64,000 nucleotides of DNA, taken from assembly GCA_965197525.1 (NCBI GenBank), contig OZ240211.1:512001-576000 (forward strand). The letters run 5' to 3'. A model generated the notes under the pieces. The model was not told where the DNA came from, made no database searches, and saw nothing but the letters and a program-made list of their open reading frames with translations. Position 1 is the first letter of the stretch. Every line of letters begins with the position of its first letter. This stretch comes from Nitrosopumilus sp. (GTDB lineage: Archaea; Thermoproteota; Nitrososphaeria; Nitrososphaerales; Nitrosopumilaceae). The position numbers and the translations under genes are program-made. This document shows positions 51,853 to 61,352 of this stretch, in pieces.

Positions 51853-51897
51853 ACATAGAATACAAGCATAAATACGACCAAGCAAGAGAAGATTCTG

Positions 51898-53067
51898 TTG
51901 AACAATCTTGTCTTAAAATCAGAATATCTGAACAATGTCTTAGAAGATAAAGCAATATCCAAACAGCACATATTTGAGATCTATAGCAAAGCAGTAACTG
52001 ATCCTCAGGAGCTGTTCCTGACTGCACAGAATTTGAGAATAAAATTCAAAAATAGAACAGTGACATTCTCAAAGAAAGCATTTTTCAACATTGTAAATCT
52101 TTGCAGAGATACATGTACGTATTGCACATACAAAGCAGAGCCCAAAGATACAAAGCTCTCTCTGATGTCAAAACAACAGATATCGGATTTATTACACTTG
52201 GCAAAAAAATACAGATGTGTGGAAGCTCTATTTGTAACAGGAGAACGGCCAGAGCAGAGATACCAGCTAGCACGAGATTGGTTAAGAGATAATGGTTTTA
52301 AGACAACAGCAGAATATCTAATTCATGCATCAGAGATGGCATTAGAGGAGGGGTTATTCCCACATACAAATGCAGGTAATCTGAATTTTGAAGAGATGAA
52401 GGAGCTAAAGAAGACCAATGTATCGATGGGTATAATGCTTGAAAATACAAGCAAGAGACTAACCTACAAAGGAATGCCTCATCACATGGCACCTAGTAAG
52501 AGACCAGATACAAGATTAGAGATTTTAGAGAATGCGGGAAGATTGAAGATTCCAATGACTACAGGCGTCCTTGTAGGAATCGGTGAGACAGCCAATGAGA
52601 TAATCGATTCGTTATTTGAGATAAAGAGATTAGACAAAGAATACGGAAATATTCAAGAAGTAATTTTACAAAACTTTCAACCAAAGCCAGATACATTGAT
52701 GAATGACAAACAGGCAGCTGATCAAAATTACTTCAAAATAGTAGTTGCATTGGCAAGAATCATCATGCCACAGATGAACATACAAATTCCACCGAATCTA
52801 TCTCCTGAATCATATCATAGTTTTCTCTCAGTTGGAATAAATGACTGGGGAGGTATATCACCACTGACTCCAGATTTTGTAAATCCTGAATTTTCTTGGC
52901 CTGAGATAAACAGAGTTGACAGATATTCAAGGAAGGCAGGATTTGAACTCCAGTGCAGATTTCCAGTATATCCAGAGTTCTTTCCTCTAATCGGTAAAGG
53001 GTTGATGGAGAAGATATCAGTCATCAAAGATAATAAAGGATTTGTAAGGGAATCTTATTGGAGATGA
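51898..53067 (+). CDS. cofG: FO synthase subunit CofG
   Basis: VTFSKK, CRDTCTYC, PHTNAG, TTGVLVGIGE, IQEVILQNF, DWGGISP. Confidence 0.95.
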   Translation: MNNLVLKSEYLNNVLEDKAISKQHIFEIYSKAVTDPQELFLTAQNLRIKFKNRTVTFSKKAFFNIVNLCRDTCTYCTYKAEPKDTKLSLMSKQQISDLLHLAKKYRCVEALFVTGERPEQRYQLARDWLRDNGFKTTAEYLIHASEMALEEGLFPHTNAGNLNFEEMKELKKTNVSMGIMLENTSKRLTYKGMPHHMAPSKRPDTRLEILENAGRLKIPMTTGVLVGIGETANEIIDSLFEIKRLDKEYGNIQEVILQNFQPKPDTLMNDKQAADQNYFKIVVALARIIMPQMNIQIPPNLSPESYHSFLSVGINDWGGISPLTPDFVNPEFSWPEINRVDRYSRKAGFELQCRFPVYPEFFPLIGKGLMEKISVIKDNKGFVRESYWR

Positions 53068-54338
53068 CAGTTAACATTGAGTCGCTGTTAAGGAATGCAG
53101 ATTCTAAGATAGCAGACATACTAAATGATGCACTAGCAGAAAAAGAGATAACAGTTAATGATGGATTGGTACTTCTTAACGCATCAGGAGTCGACTTTCA
53201 CCTAGTGGGCCTTGTTGCAGACGAATTAAGAAGGAGAAGGGTAGGAGATATCGTATCATATGTAGTCAATAGAAATATCAACTTTACAAATGTATGTATA
53301 AAACAGTGCGGTTTTTGCGCATTTAGTCGAGATTTTAGAGAAGAAGAAGGATACTTTCTGCCAACCAGTGAGATCGTTCGTAGAGCAAAAGAAGCATATC
53401 AGCTGGGAGCAACTGAAGTATGTATTCAGGCAGGACTTCCACCTGACATGGACGGTAGGCTGTATGAGAATATATGCAGAGATATAAAAAAAGAGATTCC
53501 AGATATTCATATTCACGGATTCTCTCCTGAAGAGATCTTGTATGGCGCAACAAGATCAAATGTATCGATAGAAGAGTTTCTCAAGAGAATGAAAGATGCA
53601 GGAGTAGATACATTGCCAGGAACGTCAGCTGAGATACTAGACCAAAGGCTCAGAGACAAGATATCACCTGGCAGAATTACCGTAAAAGACTGGGAGAAGG
53701 TAATCAAAACTGCACACAAGATAGGCATTAACACGACATCCACTATGATGTTTGGGCATGTAGAGACTCTGCAGCACAGAGTAGAGCATATCGGACGATT
53801 GCGAGAGATTCAAAAAGAGACGGGAGGATTTACAGAATTTGTTCCGCTGAATTTCATACATACAGAAGCACCAATGTACAAACACCAACTACATACAGGG
53901 ATAAGACGTGGAGGTAGTGGAAATGATGTCTTGTTGACACATGCAGTTGCACGGATAATGCTCAATAATCATATTGATAATATCCAGATGTCATGGGTAA
54001 AAGAAGGCCAAAAGATGTCCCAATTGTTGTTGATGTGGGGAGCAAATGATTTTGGAGGTACTTTGATCAATGAGAGCATCTCAACGTCTGCAGGTTCTCA
54101 ATACGGTCAATTGTTAAGACCAATGGAGATAAAGAGAATGATAAAGGAGATAGGCAGGATACCTGCAGAGAGAAGTACACAGTACAAGATCCTAAAAAAG
54201 TTTGACAGAGACGCATCGCATGATCAGATACAAGATAAACTAGACACAGTCTCAGATACACAGTTTGGATCATATATAGAATTGATAAAGATAAACAAGT
54301 TCAATTACAAAAATCCCAGACGGCCTAAACAAGGGTAA
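53058..54338 (+). CDS. cofH: FO synthase subunit CofH
   Basis: YVVNRNINFTNVCIKQCGFCAF, LPGTSAEIL, TMMFGHVE, GANDFGGTL. Confidence 0.95.
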   Translation: MEMTVNIESLLRNADSKIADILNDALAEKEITVNDGLVLLNASGVDFHLVGLVADELRRRRVGDIVSYVVNRNINFTNVCIKQCGFCAFSRDFREEEGYFLPTSEIVRRAKEAYQLGATEVCIQAGLPPDMDGRLYENICRDIKKEIPDIHIHGFSPEEILYGATRSNVSIEEFLKRMKDAGVDTLPGTSAEILDQRLRDKISPGRITVKDWEKVIKTAHKIGINTTSTMMFGHVETLQHRVEHIGRLREIQKETGGFTEFVPLNFIHTEAPMYKHQLHTGIRRGGSGNDVLLTHAVARIMLNNHIDNIQMSWVKEGQKMSQLLLMWGANDFGGTLINESISTSAGSQYGQLLRPMEIKRMIKEIGRIPAERSTQYKILKKFDRDASHDQIQDKLDTVSDTQFGSYIELIKINKFNYKNPRRPKQG

Positions 54339-54451
54339 GAATTCAAATGGAATGGATTGAAACGATACTAGACAGACAACACCAAAGAATTAATTTCTTA
54401 ATCGTCACAAACATAAATGAAACCATATGTTAGAGAAGAGTTAGCCTGTCA

Positions 54452-55435
54452 TTATTTGAAGAGTGTCACTGCCAAATACAATACATAGCAAGCAGATATG
54501 CAAATTCCCATCATTCTATTAATGATTCCGGTTTTCAAGGCAACTAACAGTGAAAGACTAAAGATGATCATGATTGCATAGTCAATGTATACATCAGGGG
54601 TGATAGCCACACTGCTAAGAACAGCACCAATGCCCATAATCATTAAAATGTTGTATATGTTACTGCCAATTATATTGCCAATACCAATATCAGTATGGCC
54701 TTTTCTAATTGCAATGATTGATGTTATTAGTTCTGGAAGGGATGTTCCAATTGCAATGACAGTCAATCCAATTATCTTCTCAGATAATCCAAACTCTTGA
54801 GCTAATACTATAGCATTATCAACGGTAAGTATTGCACCCACATACAGCAAAACTATGCCCAGGATTAGCAGTCCTACAGATTTAAGATAAAAATTATTTT
54901 TGGTAGTGGTCGCTTCTTTTTCTTCTTCTTTTTCTTCTTTCTCCACTTCTTCTTCTTCTTGTTTTTTGGTTTTTTCTCTATGTTTTATTATATCACGACA
55001 TGTGTAAAATGTAAACACACCTAATCCAGCTAGCAGTATGCCACCGTCATAGTAAGAGATTTCACCGTCGATGGAGACTAATACAAGCAGGAGTGAAACA
55101 CCCAGCATTATCGGAATTTCTTTTCGTAAGATAGACTTACTGACTGCAAGAGGAATAACTATTGCAGATATTGCAATGACCATTCCAATATTTGATATAT
55201 TACTCCCAATCACATTTCCAAGAATGATTGCACTATGCTCATTTATGGCAGCCACAACACTAGATGCAAGTTCTGGAGTAGAGGTGCCATAAGCTACAAC
55301 AGTCATTCCAATGATAATATTGCTTATGTGAAATTTCTTTGCGATTGCAACGCCACCGTTAACTAACCAATTACCACCAAAACACAACAGAGTCAGACCC
55401 ACTATGGTAAGTACTGCGCTTGTTAAAACTTCCAC
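54452..55435 (-). CDS. Ca2+/Na+ antiporter (CaCA/YrbG family)
   Basis: Duplicated GTSxPEL...GNxIGSN alpha repeats. Confidence 0.92.
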   Translation of the reverse strand: MEVLTSAVLTIVGLTLLCFGGNWLVNGGVAIAKKFHISNIIIGMTVVAYGTSTPELASSVVAAINEHSAIILGNVIGSNISNIGMVIAISAIVIPLAVSKSILRKEIPIMLGVSLLLVLVSIDGEISYYDGGILLAGLGVFTFYTCRDIIKHREKTKKQEEEEVEKEEKEEEKEATTTKNNFYLKSVGLLILGIVLLYVGAILTVDNAIVLAQEFGLSEKIIGLTVIAIGTSLPELITSIIAIRKGHTDIGIGNIIGSNIYNILMIMGIGAVLSSVAITPDVYIDYAIMIIFSLSLLVALKTGIINRMMGICISACYVLYLAVTLFK

Positions 55436-55477
55436 AAAGAAATTTCAGAGAAGGGTGGTTTAAAGGAAATGATCTAT

Positions 55478-56764
55478 GGTTCTGTGAAGTTATCAGGAGT
55501 TAACCCCTATAACTCGACTTTGACATATCGACTATTCGGATTACCAATGGTGTGCTGGGTTCCGTCATCGCAGGCTCAAAAGTGCCAGACTGTGCTTCAC
55601 ATATGTCACCTCTACTACCCCTAAACCTAGGGGGCAGTTTGCGTGATATGTTCATGGCAGCGATAATATCCCTATCCATAAACAAACCGCAATTATTACA
55701 CGACAATTTACGATGTTGTTGCATGTCCTCTTGGAGTCTCTTTCCGCATTGTGGACACTGCGTGCTCGTGTTTCTTGGGTCTACTATCTCGACTGGAGGT
55801 AGTCCGACCCATTGGGCTTTGTATTCTATTTGGCGTTGTAACTCGTAGAATTGCCACCCGTTCAATCTACGTCTGTACTTGTTACCTTGAGTGTTTCCTT
55901 TTCGGTACAATTTTCTTATTCCTTTCAGGTTTTCCATGACGATTGCAGTCTTGTTTTTGACTGCGTTGTCTACTATATCCTTTGAGATTCTGTGGATGTA
56001 CTGCTTTGCTCTGTTAGTCAGTCTTCTCTGTTTTTCCTTGTAGAACTGATTTTTCTTCCTGCGATCATTTCTGTGGAAGCCTGCCCTGGCGTGTATTGTG
56101 TTCTCCTTTATGGATAACAGTTTGTTTGTCTTGTAGACTGTCACCTCTTTCTCGTTCCCGCACGTCACATTTCTTAGGTTTCTGTCTATTCCCACTTTCT
56201 TGGTGCACTCTATCTCTTGTACTGTTTTTGAAACACAAAGACTGATGTTCAGAGCAGTCAATGAAAACGAGCGCACCGTCAAGGCAGGATCAGATAGGAT
56301 TTTTTGGGTGTGATCGTTGAGTAAAATGTTGATTGGGTTATGTTTCTTGTATGGGATTGTTAATAGTGCACCGTTGTGTTTTATGCCGTAACAGTTTGTC
56401 ATAAAGGGATTTTTGACTATTGGGTCTCTTATTCTGACACCTCGTTTGATTGATTGTTTTCTGTTTGATAATATGCCTGCAGCTCTTGATATTGCACATA
56501 TCTTGTATGTTGATAAAATGCCATAGTTACGTAATTCATGATAACATAACATGGACAACCTCTTCATATTGTGAGTGTCTTCTTTCAACCCTATCTTGAT
56601 GCAATGATTGACCATCTTTGTGAATATATCCATCATATCCATTAGATCAGAGTTCGGCGTATATTTCTGTGATATTGACTTTATCGCTTTCAACGAATAT
56701 CTTACGGTTTAGAGGTTATACATTTTAGGAATTGACATATAACTCACGATAACTTGACAGAACC
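55478..56764 (-). mobile_element. Family-1 element copy B (1287 bp) with 8-bp TSD TGATCTAT
   Basis: 25-bp TIRs GGTTCTGTGAAGTTATCAGGAGTTA / GGTTCTGTCAAGTTATCGTGAGTTA. TSD at 55470-55477 and 56765-56772. Confidence 0.95.
55500..56693 (-). CDS. tnpB: TnpB RNA-guided endonuclease (397 aa), near-identical to copy A
   Basis: Same RuvC-I/II/III and Zn-finger motifs. Only a few substitutions vs 16445-17638. Confidence 0.95.
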   Translation of the reverse strand: MKAIKSISQKYTPNSDLMDMMDIFTKMVNHCIKIGLKEDTHNMKRLSMLCYHELRNYGILSTYKICAISRAAGILSNRKQSIKRGVRIRDPIVKNPFMTNCYGIKHNGALLTIPYKKHNPINILLNDHTQKILSDPALTVRSFSLTALNISLCVSKTVQEIECTKKVGIDRNLRNVTCGNEKEVTVYKTNKLLSIKENTIHARAGFHRNDRRKKNQFYKEKQRRLTNRAKQYIHRISKDIVDNAVKNKTAIVMENLKGIRKLYRKGNTQGNKYRRRLNGWQFYELQRQIEYKAQWVGLPPVEIVDPRNTSTQCPQCGKRLQEDMQQHRKLSCNNCGLFMDRDIIAAMNISRKLPPRFRGSRGDICEAQSGTFEPAMTEPSTPLVIRIVDMSKSSYRG

Positions 56765-56836
56765 TGATCTATCAAATTTTACAATTATAGAGAAAAAGAT
56801 GATCGTTTTGCAGTACAGTCTATTTGTTTTATACGA

Positions 56837-57187
56837 TTACAAAGTATTTTTATTGATAAAGAGATTCAGCATTGTTCTTCCTCTTTCCGTTAACTCGTAC
56901 ATTACATTTAGCCCTCTTGATTCCTTTCTAATAAAATTGTAATCTACACATAAATGCAGGTAATTTAAAAACGATCTCTTCATTCGAATCTTTGATTTTT
57001 GATACAAATCACTAAATGTCATAGGGCTTGTTTTAAGCTGATACAGCAATTTCAACAATGACAGTGTGCTATAATCCCTCGTCTTTGCCTTTATTGCATC
57101 AAGGATTTGCTCATCTTTTTTGATTATGAAATCGTCGAATTGCTCTGCCACATCTAGCGGGAGATATGTCAATCTTGCTTTTGGCAT
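56837..57187 (-). CDS. Winged-HTH DNA-binding protein
   Basis: MTFSDLYQKSK...FLNYL...YELTERG. Confidence 0.8.
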   Translation of the reverse strand: MPKARLTYLPLDVAEQFDDFIIKKDEQILDAIKAKTRDYSTLSLLKLLYQLKTSPMTFSDLYQKSKIRMKRSFLNYLHLCVDYNFIRKESRGLNVMYELTERGRTMLNLFINKNTL

Positions 57188-57330
57188 ACCGTATAGTACG
57201 GTACTATACCTTATTAATCTTTAGTTGTGTGGCAGCAGGATAGATAATTTAACGTTTCACTAAAAAAGATTAATGCGCGTATGCCAGAGTCAAAGTATAT
57301 AGTAGTTAATAGAATGAATCAGCGTAACAC

Positions 57331-58056
57331 ATGCAAGACAATTTTCCAGAAGCACAAGTATTTGAGATTAAAGAGAGGGAATTGAGCAGTCCAATAATCT
57401 TTGCAGGATTTGTTGGTGCAGGGCTAGTAGGACCTGTTGCAATAAATCACATCATTACACAATTAAAGATGGAAGAGATAGCAGTGATGAGATCAAGGCA
57501 TCTTCCTCCATCAACGGTATTTATGAGAGGAAGATTACGTCACCCATTTAGATTCTATGCAAATAAGGAAGGAACGGTATGCGCAATAGTCTGCGAGATA
57601 ACATTGAGACTAGAGGGATTATATTCGTTGGTTGCATCAATCTTGGACTGGGCAGAACAGAACGGATCAAAAGAGATCGTAATCTTGGATGGAGTTGCAA
57701 GTGATGAGCATGACGACAAGGCATACTGTGCGGCAGAAGAAGACCTAGTTAGAACGATGGCAGACAAAGACATCAGCATGATTCCACAAGGATTCATCAC
57801 AGGAATTCCGGGAGGGATACTAAATGAGTGTCTTGTAAGAAAGATTCAAGGATTAACGCTTTTGGCAAAAGCAAACAAAATGTACCCTGACTCTGCAGCA
57901 GCTGCCACGTTAATTGAAGCATTAAACCGATTCTACGATATGGATATAGATACATCAGAACTTCAGAAAGACAGCGAACAGATTAGTTCTGACTTTAGCG
58001 AACTGTCCCAGAAATATGTAGAGCATAGAGAAGAGATAGCTGGAATGTACATGTAA
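57331..58056 (+). CDS. PAC2-family proteasome assembly chaperone
   Basis: GFVGAGLVG, ILDG, PDSAAAA. Confidence 0.88.
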   Translation: MQDNFPEAQVFEIKERELSSPIIFAGFVGAGLVGPVAINHIITQLKMEEIAVMRSRHLPPSTVFMRGRLRHPFRFYANKEGTVCAIVCEITLRLEGLYSLVASILDWAEQNGSKEIVILDGVASDEHDDKAYCAAEEDLVRTMADKDISMIPQGFITGIPGGILNECLVRKIQGLTLLAKANKMYPDSAAAATLIEALNRFYDMDIDTSELQKDSEQISSDFSELSQKYVEHREEIAGMYM

Positions 58057-58105
58057 ATCACCAGAGAAGCAAATTCTTTTATTCACAAAATAAACGCATC
58101 AAAGT

Positions 58106-59128
58106 ATGGCATTAACATACAAGAAGGTAGGCGTCGATATCTCCAAGATAAAAGAGAGTCAGAAGACCATTGGTAGATTGATTGCATCAACTCACAGGCT
58201 CCAAAAAAAGGCAAAGATAGCACACGGATTTGGGCACTATGCAGGAATCGTAGAGATCCCAGGCAAGAAGCTTTTAGCTACACATACTGACGGCGTTGGA
58301 ACAAAGGTAATAATTGCAAACATGATGAAGAGATACGATACAATAGGAATCGATTGTGTTGCAATGAATGTCAATGATATAATATGTGTCGGTGCAACAC
58401 CTATATCGTTTGTAGATTATATTGCTGCAAACAGAAACGATCACCGTATATTTAAAAAGATTGTAGAAGGGCTAGTCAAAGGAGCAAAAAAATCTAGAAT
58501 GCCAATAGTTGGGGGAGAGACTGCAATAATGCCAGATGTGATAGAAGGAAAAGGATTTGCATTTGATTTGGCAGGAATGGTGGTAGGACTGTTAAACAAG
58601 AAAGATATGGTTCTAGGGAACAAGATAAAGAAAGGAGATGTGATCATTGGCGCAAATAGTTCAGGTATACACTCAAACGGATATTCCTTGGCAAGAAAGG
58701 CATTACTTACAAAGTACTCAGTCAGAGACAAAGTAAAAGGAGTGGGAAAGATAGGTGATGCATTACTAACACCTACAGAAATTTATACAAATCCAGTTCT
58801 AGAAATTATTCAGAGATGTAAAGTCAATGGTCTAGCACATATTACAGGAGGATCATTTACCAAATTGTTGCGGCTTAAGAATACAGGATACGATATTGAC
58901 TCATTGCCAAAGATTCCGCCAATCATGGAATTAGTTCAAGGACAAGGAGTAAGAGATGAGGAGATGTATAAAACATTCAATATGGGTGTAGGGTTTTGTG
59001 TAATTACACCAAAAGAGCAAGCTGCAACAGTCAAAGCAATATTCAAAAAGCATAAAATTTCAAGTCAAGAGATAGGACAAATAATACCAAAGAAAGGTGT
59101 TTTTATAAACTCGATGAAGATTGCTTGA
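58106..59128 (+). CDS. purM: Phosphoribosylformylglycinamidine cyclo-ligase
   Basis: TDGVGTK, DCVAMNVND, GGETA, SGIHSNGYSL, AHITGG, TFNMGVG. Confidence 0.97.
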   Translation: MALTYKKVGVDISKIKESQKTIGRLIASTHRLQKKAKIAHGFGHYAGIVEIPGKKLLATHTDGVGTKVIIANMMKRYDTIGIDCVAMNVNDIICVGATPISFVDYIAANRNDHRIFKKIVEGLVKGAKKSRMPIVGGETAIMPDVIEGKGFAFDLAGMVVGLLNKKDMVLGNKIKKGDVIIGANSSGIHSNGYSLARKALLTKYSVRDKVKGVGKIGDALLTPTEIYTNPVLEIIQRCKVNGLAHITGGSFTKLLRLKNTGYDIDSLPKIPPIMELVQGQGVRDEEMYKTFNMGVGFCVITPKEQAATVKAIFKKHKISSQEIGQIIPKKGVFINSMKIA

Positions 59129-59168
59129 TTTAACAGCGATGTAAAAGATTCCGATAGAATTCCCTTAT

Positions 59169-60455
59169 ATGACAGATCTTTTAACGATCACTAAGAAAAT
59201 GGCAGAAGAGCAGTTTATTGAGACAATTATTGGGGTAGGAATTCTTCTCTTTGCAGCCAAATTAATGGCAGAGCTGTTTCTGAGATTAAAGTTACCAATT
59301 GTTTTAGGAGAACTGCTAGCAGGAATGATAGTTGGACCGTTTGCGTTAGGGGTATTTATACAAGTTGACGGGAGGAATCTGCTACAAATCAATGAAGAGA
59401 TAAAGGTACTAGGCGAGATAGGCGCAATCGTAATATTATTTATGGCAGGCCTTGAGATGACTCCAAAAGAATTTCTCAAAGGAGGAAAGGCGTCGTTTAC
59501 AGTAGGGACGCTAGGCGTGGTAATACCGTTTTTTGCAGGTCTGGTGGTTTTTCAATGGTTTGGATTTGATGCACTGCAATCAATGTTGATTGCCACAGCA
59601 CTGACTGCAACAAGCATAGCAATATCTATTCAGGTCCTAAATGAGTTCGGTAAGATCAAAACTCCCGAAGCCAGATTAATTATCGGTGCAGCAGTAGTAG
59701 ATGATATTTTGGCAATTGCTGTGCTGTCTGTGGTATCATCAATAGCAGGAACTGACGCAGGGGTAGAGAACATAGAGATTACAAGTGTAATGATTACGAT
59801 TCTGCAAGTACTGGGATTCTTTGCAGTAATGCTCATAGTAGCAGTTGTTGTAATTCCAAAGATAATTACACCAAGGTTGTGGAAGGCAAAGGGTAGTGTT
59901 GAAGGTATTGCAACTGCATCGTTTTTTGGTGCAGCTGCGCTTGCAGGATCAATAGGACTATCACCGATTGTAGGCGCATTTGCAGTGGGAATGGCACTAT
60001 CAACTACTCAAGTGTTTGAAAAAATAGAGAATTACATTGGAAAGATAGGTTTGATCTTCGCACCGCTGTTCTTTGCAATTATTGGCGCGCAGGTAGACTT
60101 GAGGGCAGTGGACTTGAATATATTGATGTTAAGTGGGGTAGTAATTGTAATTGCTATTGTAACAAAACTCTTCGGATGCGGGTTGCCTGCAATATTGTTC
60201 TTGAAGAATAAGAGAAAAGGGATGATAGTAGGAATAGGAATGATCTCAAGAGGGGAGGTAGGATTAATTGTGGCAGGAGTAGGTGTGACTGCAGGAATAC
60301 TAACCTCAGAAGTATACTCTACTATAGTCATCATGGTAGCAGTCACGACTATAATTACGCCAATATGGTTAAAGATGGAATACCGCAAAGAGCAAAAAAA
60401 AGACAACGGTGGTGAGGATGAGACATCAAGTGTGATAACAGAAGAGCCAAAATAA
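59169..60455 (+). CDS. Cation:proton antiporter (CPA2)
   Basis: LGELLAG, TATSIAI, AVVDD, RGEVGL, about 12 TM helices. Confidence 0.92.
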   Translation: MTDLLTITKKMAEEQFIETIIGVGILLFAAKLMAELFLRLKLPIVLGELLAGMIVGPFALGVFIQVDGRNLLQINEEIKVLGEIGAIVILFMAGLEMTPKEFLKGGKASFTVGTLGVVIPFFAGLVVFQWFGFDALQSMLIATALTATSIAISIQVLNEFGKIKTPEARLIIGAAVVDDILAIAVLSVVSSIAGTDAGVENIEITSVMITILQVLGFFAVMLIVAVVVIPKIITPRLWKAKGSVEGIATASFFGAAALAGSIGLSPIVGAFAVGMALSTTQVFEKIENYIGKIGLIFAPLFFAIIGAQVDLRAVDLNILMLSGVVIVIAIVTKLFGCGLPAILFLKNKRKGMIVGIGMISRGEVGLIVAGVGVTAGILTSEVYSTIVIMVAVTTIITPIWLKMEYRKEQKKDNGGEDETSSVITEEPK

Positions 60456-60468
60456 AAATAAAAATAAA

Positions 60469-61303
60469 GGTTCTGTTGCGTTCATGAGGGGTAATTCTTC
60501 CTGTTGCGTGTAGAGAGGTCAGGCTTGAAATCTCGGTTATGTTAACTATCGAGTGTTATTCCATGATCTTATTCATGTTAACTGTCTGATGTTTCGAGGC
60601 TAGCTAACTTTAAAAAGTTATACATGGTTTTTTTACATAAACGACATTGTCTGAAGCGCCGGATATCCAAACAAGTCAAAGCCCAACTTTTAAGGAAATT
60701 AATTTACTGGACAGGTTTCAGACCTCAATTATGATGGAATGAAACTAGTAATTTTACATGATTCACCTGATCTTCAAAAGGCATTACAAGGCAATCAATT
60801 CAAAATGTCCAAAGCGATAATCAATAGAGAGATTGAGTGCACATTAAACTTGTCACCAATAAATCTCAAAGGTTGGTCAAGATTATTCCAAGCGGAATTG
60901 GCAAGATACAAAAAATTATTTGGTACAATATTATCCCCTGAAGAAATAAATGAAAAATTTAAGAATCCGATTTAGTTTTTCTTACTTGCATTTTGAATTA
61001 TGGTAAGTCATTTGTTGTCGCCCTTGATGTCAATTTCTGCCGCACTAACGTTAGTTTAGTATGATATAGAACTAAATGATCATCAATATTTGTCCTAGTA
61101 CTAAAATTGATCAATTGTTAGGTTTGAATAGATTATGCATAATCTAGATTACCCATAATCTCTAATATCAAATATGTCACATTTGTCCTAGAATATAATA
61201 TTGATGGAGATAAATATCTAGTATGTCAAATTCAGGCATGATCAAAAAATTTATCCCTCGACACGCAACAGGAAGAATTGCCCCTCATGAACGCAACAGA
61301 ACC
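60469..61303. mobile_element. Non-autonomous element (835 bp) with IS6-like 43-bp TIRs and non-transposase cargo
   Basis: 60469-60511 matches the reverse complement of 61261-61303 at 42/43 and starts GGTTCTGTTGC. No transposase inside. No TSD. Confidence 0.85.
60647..60975 (+). pseudogene. Small cargo gene, probably frameshifted (DUF3467-like, tentative)
   Basis: TTG-SEAPDIQTSQSPTFKEIN, then a one-base shift near 60700 into FTGQVSDLNYDG-MKLVILHD...YKKLFGTILSPEE (ORF 60739-60975). Confidence 0.45.
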
Positions 61304-61352
61304 TTATTTATAAAATAAATATAAATAATTTAATGTTATCTAAATAAACAAC

